The notes below the pieces were generated by a model, which saw nothing but the letters and a program-made list of their open reading frames with translations, did not search any database and was not told the DNA's origin. A program made the position numbers and the translations under genes. From Phyllosticta citribraziliensis (taxonomy: Eukaryota): 64,000 nt of DNA. How positions within the stretch are numbered: position 1 is the stretch's first letter; every line of letters begins with the position of its first letter. The DNA lies in NCBI RefSeq assembly GCF_038025025.1, contig NW_027117340.1, positions 372,001-436,000 on the forward strand, given 5' to 3'. Of the stretch, positions 45,279 through 57,978 are shown piece after piece.

Positions 45279-48200
45279 GCTGGAAGTTGGTTTACTGATC
45301 TTTTCCTTCTTCCTTCTCGACAAGCCAACAGTCTGAGGATGCGTTGAATAAGGGGGCAGGCGCGGTGGATTGATAGAACCCTAGAGCCCCCGGAATCGAC
45401 ATATTGCCTTCGATGTCACTGTACTATACATACCAAAGCTCCAAAACAAACACAAATCGAGCCTTGCTGGGCAACAGATGCCGTGAGAAACGTTGTCTCG
45501 TTTTTCCCAAGTCAACAGTCCGGATCATCAGCGCAATGAACTTACTTGGCCAATGAACTGGGTCTGCCACTCAACATGATAGGCTCCTGGCTTTATCCTG
45601 ATCCGTAGTCCACAAAGACTGTTCTTTTATCGCTTGTGTCTGCCGACTGGACCCCTACCTCCCGCCCACCTCCGCTCATCTTTTCAGCTTCTTTCGTCTC
45701 GACTCCTATTGATCAGTACTCCTCCGAACTAACTCGTCACCCAACACAACGCCACATTAAACGTAGCATTCAAAGAGCGAGCCGCTTGGCATGTAGGTTG
45801 GGAAGCTCGAGCGAGGTCGGAGCCTGAGCCAGGTTGGACCCCACGTGCGCAGTAGAAGACGTGGACAGCCGTGACCCATTCGTGGAGGTTTAGAGTGTGT
45901 CAGAACCCTGAGACCGTTGTCTCCGTGTGTCGTTGGTGCCAGGCTGGCCGTCGGTGATGGATGACGGATGATGTCAACGACGCTTCGTCCCGCACTTTGG
46001 GCCTGTCACTGGAACAGATGGATGAATGGTACCAAAGGCGGGGAAAGGAGTACCGTGTAGTTCAACGGCGCTTCGAGCTGTCTGGTGGCAGCGTAGGAGG
46101 AGAACAAAGAGTGCCTCTGAGATACCTGGTCTTGTCAGCACGACGACGACGACGGCCTTTTCACTTAGCCTTGAGCATGCCTGTGCGTTTACTTGAGATG
46201 AGAAGCGCTGCCACTTGACCCCTGAAGGAACACCTATGTCGTCAGTGTTGAGTCGTGGGCAAACCGCCATTGCATATACTGTTTTTGGATGATGTTGGCT
46301 AAGATGTCTCATGGTATCTTCAGGGCATGTTTTTAGTTCCAGGGGCAGGTTGGTGTAACTTATCGGGAGTTCGAACTGATTTTCGTAGTGAACGTTGGGT
46401 AGTGGGAAAGGTTCAAAGAGTGACCGAGTGGGCCTCTTGCGCCTACACATCCCGTCCTGTCTCCTCACCGACAGGCTACTGCGCGCCTCAAGGCAAACTC
46501 GTCCAAGGAAAGGAGATGCTCAGGCGAAAACTGTATGAGACTGGACGACGTCGACCACGACAGATCAAGAGCGAGAACTGGGTCCACCGCCAGAGGAAAT
46601 CGTATACGTATTCTTCGTCAACCGACCTCCCAACTACGGTATACGAAACAGTGCGTCGGGCAACGAAGAAAAAACAAGGCTATACACAACTGTCACCAGA
46701 AAACAACACCACAGCAAGCCATGGCTTGCTCAATGGCCTTTCGAAACCCACCAAGACGGGTCCCACCGTCACACATACAGCCGTCGATTCAGCCATTTTC
46801 TTGGCCCTACGTGCGAAGTTGGTCTGCCACTGCCTCCAACCAGCCTAGCGCGTCACCCAATCTAGCAAGTATCGTCTCGTAACGGGGGGTGGGCAGACAT
46901 ACCGCGGCGGCGCTTGGGTGGGAAAAGGCGCGCCAAGGAAATTGCCGGTGAGAAGATGATGGCTGCAAGGTCTGTCGGTACTTGTGGACTGGGCACTCGG
47001 CGCTGGGGATGTGCCGGTAAGGCGGTAGGCACCGCGCGGGCCCGCGAGGCAAGGGGACGAAAAGACACGGGCAGGCAGGCAAGCGGTCGGGCTGCAGGGG
47101 GGAGGGGGAAATGGTGGGAATGAGATCGTCGGCAGGGGAACGAGCTCTCACACCCTCGTACGGTTCTGCTGCCATTGCTTATGCTGTGCACGCTTGCACC
47201 GCGCGCGCGAATCGGGTGGTCCGGTCTGCCAATTTCGTATCTCGGAGTCCCGAAGGACGGAGACAGGGACGAGGCCAAGGCCAGCGGATGCGTGGGAATG
47301 ACAGGTGCGGCATCCGATAACGACAGGATGGGGTTGCGGTGCAGGGTGTTTGCATCTGGATGCGCTGGAACGCGTCTGCTTCGTCAGCACACCGCTTTGT
47401 GGGCTGATGTTCATACTCTGGGCAAGGAATAATCACTGCGGAGAGGGCTGCCATGCCTAGGTGCACTGGGAATGCCACGTGAAAGCTGCTGGCTTATACA
47501 TCGGGTCGAAAATGGCTGAAAATTTGGTGGCATTTGCTTCACTGATTGGTAAATGACTTGCTGACTGGTCACGCTTTTTGAATTGATCCGCATTGGATGG
47601 GAAGTCCAATGTTCACATCACCACCAAGGTGCGGTCAAGATGGGTGTAGCTGTTTGTGCAAGGTTTTCTCAATCGGGCCCATGTGCGGGTGGGGCGATGA
47701 CAAGGTAGAAGATCCGGGGAGTGATTCGAACGGACAGTGATCATCACCGGGCTGCTGGCATAGGTGGAGGGGAACAAGTCCAACCATCACGTCATTTGCC
47801 AGGCTACAGCGTGGCTCATCCCGGTGGAGCCAAATGCCATTGTGGACGGCGGTCGCAGCCAAGTTGTCCAGTGTGTTCGACGTACCTGGAACGTGGCCGA
47901 GCTGTCCTTCCATGGATCTTGCTGTCGTTGCAGACCGAGGGGATATCGCGAAATATTCAGCCAATGGATGGTGGTGCACCAGTAATTTCTTGACAGCAAG
48001 GACCAACTTCACTTCGGTACGGGGCGAGCTGTCGAGAAGGCTATGCGGACGGGGTGCCAGCGGGACAGGAGGCCTTGACAGGAGTCAGACGGCTGGGGTC
48101 TTGTCCACTAATGCTTCCTGGTCAGATGGTGGGTGGAGAAAACAGGGAAGGCAATCTTCGGGTTCTCCTTGCATGCCACCCTCTTGTTCGGGCATGGGGC

Positions 48201-50259
48201 CGATCCAGTGGGATGGTTCTGCACTTGTGTACTTGGGACAGTGAACAGGCGTCAAGTGTCTCGTATGGCGGTTTTTGTGATGGCGTGCGTTGCTTCGAAG
48301 CTTCTGCTCGTCCACATGCGACGGTTTATTGGGCGACGAATGGCATTTACGTCTCAACGATGAGGCCTCCATCTCGAAGAGTCTCCTGGACCTGTAGTAG
48401 GGTGGGCCAGGTGCCATGGACAAGCACTTGTTGTTAATTGCAACGATCTTCGGCAAGTTCCTGGAAAGTGTCTGCCAACGTGCCGCACATCTCCTTGGTC
48501 GCTTCGGGCTGAGAGCAATCGATGACATACAACGACAGACAGACCGAGCCCTGTGGCCCTACTATCCGAGTCAGCCTACCTATCGCATGCGCTGGACTGG
48601 ATGCAAGTATCAGATCGACATTCTGTTTTCTTGTTGCAAATGGCGCAGAGAGAAAACGAAGGTCGAAATGGGGTGACTTTTTGGTCATTTACAGGCGACA
48701 TGCCTGTTGGAAGACAAGCAACAAAATAATCCAAAAGAGACGTTCCCTACCAAATGCCTGAAGACGATCCTAAATCGATTCGTGAGTTCGTAAGCCCCTG
48801 AGACAGCCACTCACCTCAACCACCACGTTCAAATCCAATCTCCACATCAAATCATTGCCTGCCTCTACTGATATGAGATGAAGGCAGTAGGAGGCAATGA
48901 AGAAAGCACGCCTGGTCAATCGATCCAGACTGCCCCCCGAGACAATGGTGGCAGATGCATCTTAGTGGCCCACAAGAGCCGACCACAAACAAGCGGCTTG
49001 ATCTGCCCCTATTGACTGACGCACTAAATTCAAAATCGGGAGTCAAGGCGATGCCTCTCATTCGCGTATGCCTCACCGTTGTCTTTACATCTAGCAAAGT
49101 AGCAAACGGGTGACAGTTCAGTTTGCCCCAAACGGCTCGGGGTTGAAACAGTCAAGGTCTCGGAGTTTTGTCGACAGAGTAGCTTTGGCAGCCTTCGAGC
49201 CCGGGCTCACGTCCATATCCAATGGCAGTGCAAAATGGCCCAGTTAGCACGACGGAGAACACCGAAGATGTCGCCTACGCCGAGGAGAGAACGGGAAGGA
49301 CCGTTGACAAATCTCGCTCCGCGCCGTTGAAAGTGAAACGCAAACGGGTAAGACCGCAAAACTCGCCAATGGCCAGCCAAAGCAAGATGAGGCGAGGCGC
49401 CTTGGAAACCCAGAAAGGCGAACTCGCGAGCTGTTGATGGCGGACGTTAGACGACCCTGCGTACGCCTAGCTTTTCTCGGCAGCTCGGCAGCCGTTGACA
49501 TTTGGATCAAGTGGTGCTCAGCGGACGTGGTCCAGCCTTCAGAGAGTCGTTTGGAATCCATTCCGCTCGTCCATTTTGGGTCCCGTGCTGTTGATCGTAC
49601 GGGCTTTGTTTTCCTCTTCTCTGGGGCGGTACATCGAAGGGATTGACGAGTTGACCGGACCGGCTTGACGACGCCTTCGAATGTCGGAACGAAGGAGTCC
49701 CTCTCTACTGTATGAGTGAGGAAGGTTCCCGTAAACAAGGAAGAGAAGAAGGCGACGACGGCGGCGGGCAAGCGGTCTTCGGAGCTTTCAAGCAATCTGC
49801 AGTCCAGGAGTAAGAAGAGGAGGAGCTGTCGACAAACACGAGAACGAAGCGCGTCAACCACGTTACACACACGGTCCGGCCGATTCAACGTCGACGATTC
49901 TGACCGAGCCACATGCTATCCAATGCCTTCAGATACATAGCTCTTTTCCAACGACATGTCTCGGCGCAAGAAGTACCACCGGTCGTTGACATGCTGCATA
50001 CAACGACCCGAAAGACCCTGCCTCATCCACGACGCATTGACCTGCTGAAGTGCGGCCACGACTTTACGGCCCTTATCTCCGCAGCCCCCCCCGGCACGAT
50101 CATGGCATCACCGAGAGACCGGCGCGCAAGCACGCAACCACGGTCCACCTCAGGACGTAGACTTGCTCCGCGCCGCATCTACTTCAACGCTTCAATTGGC
50201 TTTCTTGGCTTTTAATCAGTGGAATTGGAGTGTCGTCAACGCGGCAATTGGCAAAAACA

Positions 50260-51299
50260 ATGGTCAGAGCGAACGACATCAAGGAGGCTTGTAGAAAGGT
50301 ACGTTCGACAGCGGCCGAACAGAGCAACATCGAGCAAAGCTGACAACAACCCAGGTGGTCTGCATAGGCCGGAACTACGCGTAGCCCACCCTCCTCCCAC
50401 CCCATTCATACCCTCGCAATTCGCACATCAATCTGACTTTCCCGGCCTATCTTTCATCCAGCGACCACATCAGCGAGCTCAACAACACCCGGCCGAAGCA
50501 GCCTTTCTTCTTCCTCAAGCCGCCGACGTCGATTCTGTGCGCCGGCACCGATGCCGCCAAGGGCGCAAGCATCCTGCGGCCGCGCGGCGTCAACTGCCAT
50601 TATGAAGTGGAATTGGGCTTGATCATCGGCCAACAGGTCCGAGACTTGCACCCGGAGGATACTGAGGGTGCCATTGGTGCCATTGGAGGTATGTATGTCT
50701 AGCTAAGAGCTTGGATCGAAGACGGGAAGCACACTGGCGTAGTAGATCCCCACAGCCCTTGAAAATTGCGCGAAAGATAAGGACGCGTGGAAAACATCAT
50801 ACTGGAGGAAGAGGAACCCGGAGCAAGCAAGCTAACTTATCCGACTCAACGCCTAGGTTACCTCTTGTCAATTGACATGACTGCGCGCAACGTACAAGAA
50901 GAAGCAAAGCGCAAAGGACTGCCCTGGGACATTGCCAAAGGCTTCGACACGTTCCTGCCCATCAGCTCGCCGCTGATGCGCAGTGTCAGCAAATATCGGG
51001 ACCTAGACCCGCATAACCTGCATCTCAGCCTCAGCATCAATGGCCAAACCAAGCAATCTGACAGCACCAACCTGATGCTTTTCCGCATTCCGCGCATCCT
51101 CTCCGACATCAGCAGGGTCATGCAGCTCACGCCCGGCGACATCGTGCTGACGGGCACGCCAAAGGGTGTTGGTCCCGTCGTCTCGGGCGACAAGATGACA
51201 GCCGAGCTGCGGAACGGTGACGCAAACGGAGAAGTGCTGACGGAACTGGAGGTTGGCGTAAAGGATCGCGAGGGCCCGTACGAATTCAAGGAGACGTAA
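50260..51299 (+). CDS. Fumarylacetoacetate-hydrolase-family protein (FAHD1/Fmp41-like); three introns
   Basis: Spliced KVVCIGRNYADHISELNNTRPKQPFFFLKP, HYEVELGLIIG, IDMTARNVQ, GLPWDIAKGFDTFLP, GDIVLTGTPKGVG. Confidence 0.92.
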
Positions 51300-51382
51300 G
51301 CGATGTGTACGTTGTCGATAGAGCAAAGAGCCAGATTGAAAAAGCAAGGTAAACATGCTGATCAGCTGCACTTTCGAAATCG

Positions 51383-53058
51383 CTACCAGTCCTCGAGCGG
51401 AGGTAGCTCATAGATAGGGAGAAACCTCTTCTTGCGTCTGCTTGCGGGCGCTCTGGGTCCCTGTCCCATTTGTGTCCTGCCTTGATCATTTTCCGATTGT
51501 AGACCGCTCGAATTCGCCACGGCTCGCGACTCCATCTTGTGGCCAAGCTCTTGGGTCTGCCTTCGCTTCTGAGTCTCAATCTGAGTGCTTCGCCTCGTCT
51601 CGACGTTGCGCCGCTTCTCCAGGCGCGGATAGCCTTGATCCATGTTTGCACCGAGCCCATCTGGACCACCAGAGCTCGAATGCCCTTCGCCTCGCTCGGG
51701 GTTTTCAGCAGCCGAAGACTTCCTCTTCCTAGGAGAGCTCGCAGAGTGTGTGGCTGGACCCGAACGGGCCGTCTTTGCTGTCATCCGCCGTGTGGGATTG
51801 CCAGAACGATTCCTGTTCGTCGTCTCCACCAAGGGACGGGCCGGATCAGATCTGAGAAAGATCGAGTTCATCAATTCCCGGGCACGTTGAGTGTCCGAGT
51901 AGCGAAAGACCAGATTCTTGGTTATTGGATGCTGGGTAAGAGACATGGCTTCCTGCTTGGGAGGTTCCCCCTGCCGGCTTTGCCCTTCAATCGCTTGGAT
52001 CTCGGTCAACGGCTTCACAGTAGGATCTTGTGTAGGCTGCTGTGTATTGATTTGAATCTCCTCGGCTTTCTTCTCAAGAGGGCTTCTTCTGCGATTACCC
52101 ACTCGCTCAGGCAGCCTGGTCGCGCGGTGGGATTCCGCGGAAGCCTGGCTCTCTGGATGATTTCGTGGTGATCTCCGTACGTAAATATGTTCCAGCAATT
52201 GCGTTGGCTGTGATGTTCGAGGTTGCTGCGTAAGAACTTCAGTCCTGGCCGATGGACGACTACGCTTTCGAGTTCGGGTTGGCTGAGGGCTGTGCAGAAG
52301 GTGAGCAATGTTCATTTCAAGTCGTCGGGATGGGTAAGCGACACGGCCTACCTGTCCAGTTCTGGTTGTGTCGCGTCCTCATCCTGCGTTTCCTCTGGCT
52401 GACTTGTGGGTACAAGAACTGTAGGCGTCATGGACGACTGCGCCGATTCGATCGCTTGGTTTACTGGTCTCTGCTGCTTGAGCTCCACCAACTCTTTCTG
52501 TAGATTTTTGAAGTCCACGACGAGTTGTTCGCTTTGGAGTCTCATGGCTTGGAGCTCACCGCGCATGCCTCGGTTTTCCGTTGCCAGCGTCACCACTTGG
52601 CTTTCCAGATCCTGACCATCGTGTCTTTTGGTCAGCTCTCCGCGAATTTTGAGGAGTAGAGCTGTGCTTTGTTCCTGCTGGTCGAGTCTTTTCGAGACAT
52701 CTTGTATCATGCCAAAGAAAGTCTTCAGGCGACCGTCCTTCTCGTGGTCATTGGTCTCAAGAACTTTCATCTGCAGGTATTGTCGTTCAGCAAGCGCCTT
52801 CGTTTCCTCGACTCCTTTGTTCAACTCGGCGCAAGTCGTCAAGCAAGACTGCCCGCTTTCGTTCACAGCGTCAGCAACCTGGGCTGACTGCTGCTCCACC
52901 TGTGCCATCCTAGCCAGAAGCTCTTTGAGAGTCTCATTGGAGATATTCTGAGCAGCTGAGGTAGCATTGAGGCGCTCTGCAATGTGTTTGTGTTCCTGTT
53001 TGATTCGGTACAGATATTGTAGCGTCCGACCGGCTTGCTCCGAGCTGTCGAACGACAT
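51383..53058 (-). CDS. Hypothetical protein with N-terminal coiled coil and basic disordered C-terminus; intron 52290-52351
   Basis: ORFs 52348-53058 and 51383-52315 are joined in frame by GTAGGC..CTCAC..CAG; exon 1 is rich in Leu/Glu/Gln heptads. No family recognised. Confidence 0.65.
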
Positions 53059-54122
53059 TTTGAAGCTGTAGCTTTAAAGACCAAGTGTGAGTGCCACGGT
53101 TGTTGCTGTGTTGGAAGGAAGCCTCACGGTTGCGACGCACGTTCGAGACCAGCGCAACGACTGAAGGTGCTTTTTGCGAAAGAGCTTCTCAATGCAGCGA
53201 CTTTTCCATGCGGGATCGCGAGGTAGGACCCTCAAGACACTGGGACGAGCTGGGCCTGGGCGCTTCTTGCAGTCTGGACACGTGGTTTAGCGTTGGAGAC
53301 GATCCAATGGATTGCTCGTGGCAAGCTGCGCGGCGATTCAAGCTCGAGTGCTTGTATTGGGGATGGCTTGGGACTGAGTGGCGAGAGGCAGCAACGACGG
53401 TTTGAGAGGTCTGGCAGAGGAGAGGGGCTTGCGAGAAAAGTGTGGGGGGGATGAAGATGAAGGTTGCAAGATTTCTTCCTCTTGTGGAAGTCGCGCTAGG
53501 CAGCGAGTACATGTAGTACATGCTCCCACTGACGATCGCCAACATCACAATCTCGAATAGTCGAAGTCAACCTCGAGAATTTACCTGGGCAACGACAGGA
53601 ATGGCAAGACTGGCCACCGTAGTGCCTCATGTCACAAAGGTGACGCCCACGTCGATGGGTCGGGGTCACCAGCACGGCACCAAGTGAACTTGTTCCATCT
53701 ATTAAGGAAAAAAAGGCATTACTGTCGTCCCGAACGCATCTAGCCGTGGAAAAAGTCAACCACTTCCGCGCCCAGACGAAACCACGAAAGCAGCCTCTAC
53801 ATACTGAGCAAGAAGCCGATGTGAAGACCGCAGCAGATTCCCGCAGGAAAACCATCAAATCGTTGACGATCTTCCCTTTTCTTCTAACTCGACCTTTTGA
53901 GAGAAAAGCATTTTGACATGAAAAAGCACGAACGCCAAGATGCAGCAAAGACCAAATGTGCCCATCAGCGTTCAACCTTTTTGTAGCAGCTCCCGAGCTG
54001 CTACCTCAGGTGCCCATCGCGGCACCAAGACCACCGAACCCTTTGATGAATGCTTCAATGAAATGGGGAATCAACAAAGCTGCCATCGACAGGGAGCGTG
54101 ATCGAAATCGTAAACCATTCGT

Positions 54123-54376
54123 TTAGATGAGATCTGCGACTCAAGTTAGCGACCGAATTCGATGGCGCATCGCGCAGGAAAAACTTACCGGCAACGTTCA
54201 TGGGCATCTCCTCGATCTGAGTGCTGTAGAACTGCTCAATCTCGCGCATCATGCGGACGTCCTCGGCGGTGACGAAGTTGATGGCGACACCCTTACGACC
54301 GAAACGACCACCACGACCGATGCGGTGAATGTAGTTCTCGCGGTTGGCGGGGAGGTCGTAGTTGATGACCAGGGAG

Positions 54377-54416
<40 letters not shown>

Positions 54417-55574
54417 CGATCAGGACACGGGAGGAGCCGGAGCGGAACTCCTTCATGATGACATCACGCTGGGCCTGGTCCATGTCACCGTGCATGGCAG
54501 AGACGGTGAAGTCACGGGCAGTCAGCTTGTCGGTGAGCCAGTCGACCTTTCTGCGGGTGTTGCAGAAGATGACGGCCTGGGTGATGGTGACCGTCTCGTA
54601 CAAATCGCAGAGGGTGTCGAGCTTCCACTCCTCCTTTTCGACAGCAATGTAGAACTGCTTGATACCCTCGAGGGTGAGCTCGGCCTTCTTGACGAGGATA
54701 CGGACGGGGTCGCGCATGAACTTGGTCGTAACCTCGAGGACGTCCTGGGGCATGGTGGCCGAGAGGAGGACAACCTGGGTGGACTGGGGAAGCAGCTGGA
54801 AGATGTCGTAGATCTGCTCGGTGAAACCGCGAGAAAGCATCTCGTCGGCCTCGTCGAGGACGAACATCTTCATCGAGTCGGTCCTGAGGACGCGGCGCTG
54901 GATCATGTCGTGGACACGGCCAGGAGTGCCGACGACGACCTGGACGCCGGACTGGAGGGCCTTCATGTCGTCACGAACGCTGGTACCACCGATACAGGCG
55001 TGGCAGTCGATGTTCATGAAGTCGCCGATGGCGACGACGACCTTCTGGATCTGCTGGGCGAGCTCACGGGTGGGAGCGAGGATGAGAGCCTGGCACTCCT
55101 TGAGGTTGGCGTCGAGCTTCTGGAGAACGGAGATGGAGAAAGTGGCAGTCTTGCCGGTGCCGGACTGGGCCTGGGCAATGACATCGTGACCTGAGCATAT
55201 CGCATTAGCTGGGTTGCGAGGCGCGTGGAATTGGCGGGGTTGCCTCACCCTTGATGACGGGGACGATGGCACGCTGCTGGATGGCAGACGGGCGCTCGAA
55301 ACCGTAGGCGTAAACTCCGCGAAGAAGCTCGGGCTTCAAGCTCATGGAGTCGAAAGAGTCGGTGGTCTCATCGTAGTTGGACTCGATCTGACCTGTGGTG
55401 GAGCAACCGTCAGCGTAAGAATTTGCGTTTGGGCAGGTGAGCGAGGGTGCGCGTGCCGGGCGGCGCACTCGCACCCGCACGCCGTCGACAGCGACGGCGA
55501 CGGCGACAGCAGCTCGCGGCGACAAAAAACAACGTACCCTCGGGAACCTCCTCAAGACCTTTGCTGTCAGCCAT
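54123..55574 (-). CDS. TIF1: Translation initiation factor eIF4A (DEAD-box helicase); introns 55393-55537, 55191-55248, 54134-54188
   Basis: [58 protein letters not shown]-terminus EMPMNVADLI*. Confidence 0.97.
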
Positions 55575-56094
55575 GATTGCGATGGACAAGTCGTGTGATC
55601 ACAGGCGCTGGGCTGTGATGTGGATGGAAAGCGGTGGTGGGGCTTTGCGCGGCGAGCAGAAGCCTTTGCGGTCGTGTGTGTTGGTTGCGGGGGAGCAAGT
55701 AGATTCCAGACTCTCGTGAGTGAGAGTCGAAGCGGATATCTACACGGGCGAGCGAGTTGAAATGGGATGTGTCGATAAAGACGATGAAGTGGGTAGGCGG
55801 CGGAGGTCGCTTGAAGTTTTTTAAGAGCGCCCGCCCCGGCACCCGGCAGGCGAACGGAATTTGCGGCCAGCACACTTAGCTAACCAATTAGCGAGGGCGC
55901 TAATCCGTCATGTTCACCAGCATGCCCCATCACCACCGCATCACCCCAGCCCGCCCGTCAAAACTGCAACGGTCCTTGAAGAAAAACTTCGCGGGGTACC
56001 ATTGTTGACCTTGACTCACTCACAGTCATTAGCACAGCTGCACTCACCTGCTGCCTGCAGTGCGCCGCTTCCGGCGCCCCCAACATCCACGACC

Positions 56095-57978
56095 ATGGCG
56101 CCCTCTGCCGTACCGCTCAACGGCTTCGACCAAAAGGACGACGACACGTCCTTGTCCAGACCAACAAAGAAGCTGCGCATCGACCAACCCTTGCCTGGTT
56201 CTGGCTCTGCCTCTGCCTTTGCCTCTGATCCTGATGGTGATGATGTAGCCGCAATCCCTCCACACCCGCTTGGCGTGAAGCCTTCTGGAAACGCTCTGAC
56301 CTCAAACATCAACCTCAAAGCTCGCTGTGGTTTCTTTGCAGTGCTACCCGACGAGCTCCTTGCGCAGCTTTTGGAATTTCTAGACGCCCGCGCTCTGGTG
56401 CGCCTTGGAAGCACATGCAAGGCACTCTACGCTTTTACCAGATCTGAGGAACTATGGCGAGCCCTCTTCATCGAGTAAGTCCTTGACAGTCTCTTTCGTC
56501 TGCTTCGCTTTTGGTGCTTGGCCAATCACACGCCTCGACTTTTTGCACCAAAATTCCCAGTGGCGGTGACAGTGGCGGTGCTGAGCTAAGCCTTTGGGAC
56601 ACTCCAAGTGGGGTGTCCAACTCCGTTTGTTGATGATGTAACGAGCATTGGTTGTCAGGGAACGCATGTCGGCTTGATCGGCTCACAAAGGACAATGTTA
56701 AGCATGGTCTTTTTCTGGCTGAAATGAGCCTCCAACTCTGTACTGTTCGACATTTGACAAGCTTGAATTTTTGGCGTTCGATGCTGAAGCTCGTCCAGGT
56801 CGCGGCCGCTCAACTTTAAATGGCGAGGTTCATGGCGTTCCACTTGTCTTGACCTACCAGCAGCGCACCAGGCCCACGTGGACTGCAGTGGGCTATTCTC
56901 TGATGTTCTCTACCGGCCATTTCAATGCACCTACACTCCTTTGAAGCCGTACACAACGAACATCCCAACAGAAAACTTGATCCCACGGCTTGCCGATTTG
57001 ACCACGGACGAGTTCTCTGCAAAGTGGACCAACAAGCCGTTCATCCTGACATCACCGGTCAAAGAGTGGCCCATCTTTGGAAAATGGACCACGGAATACC
57101 TCGTCAACAAGTATCCAAACGTACCATTCCGAGCCGAGGCGGTGGACTGGCCGCTCCAAACATATGTCGATTACATGAACAAAAATACGGATGAAAGCCC
57201 GCTCTACTTGTTCGATCGCAGCTTTGCGGAAAAGATGCAAATAGCTGTTGGCAAGAACGTCAAGAACGCAGACTACTGGGCGCCATCTTGCTTTGGCGAT
57301 GATCTCTTTGCTGTACTGGGTGACCAGCGCCCTGATTCGAGATGGATGATCATGGGCCCGGCGAGGAGTGGAAGTACCTTCCACAAGGATCCCAACGCTA
57401 CCAGCGCGTGGAATGCGGTCTTGACTGGATCCAAGTATTGGCTCATGTTCCCGTCGTCGGCGAACCTGCCTCCTCCGCCTGGCGTCATTGTCTCGGAGGA
57501 CTCGTCTGAAATCACGGCGCCTCTCAGCATTGCCGAATACCTTCTTTCTTTCCATGAGCTCGCTCGTGCTACGCCAGGATGCCGCGAAGGCATCTGCCAC
57601 GCCGGCGAGATTCTCTACGTGCCGTCAGGGTGGTTTCACCTGGTTCTGAATCTCGAAGAGGGCATCGCGCTCACGCAAAACTTTGTTCCAAGATCAAAGT
57701 TGCCCGACGTCTTGGGGTTCCTGCGAGATCGGGCGGATCAGGCAAGTGGGTTCAAGGACGAGGTGACGGACCCTTTTGGGCTGTTGGTGGAGAGGCTTGG
57801 AAATGTCTATCCAGATATTCTGGAGGAGGGGATGAAGAAGCTCGAAGACAGGGCTAAGCCCAAAAAGGGAAAGTGGGAAGAGCTTGTCAAGGGAGGGGGT
57901 GACGATAAGGCTGAAGAGCAGGGAGGCTTCGCGTTTGGTTTCGGATTCGGAGGCGACGACGACGCCGAGGTAGCGTGA
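56095..57978 (+). CDS. F-box and JmjC-domain protein (JMJD6-like); intron 56475-56798
   Basis: HPLGVKPSGNA, F-box LPDELLAQLLEFLDARALVRLGSTCK, DESPLYLFD, WMIMGPARSGSTFHKDPNATSAWN (HxD), YVPSGWFHLVLN, IALTQNF. Confidence 0.9.

Noticed and set aside
54127..55194. Long antisense ORFs opposite eIF4A (likewise opposite TAF1, MSS4, noxB, SDR, COQ6)
   Set aside because: Shadow frames expected from strong GC3 codon bias.
56570..56700. TPP riboswitch in the JmjC intron (GGTGCTGAG and CTTGATC...AAAGGA fragments)
   Set aside because: Spacing is wrong, the ATAC and GATAAT core elements are missing, and the host is not a thiamine gene.
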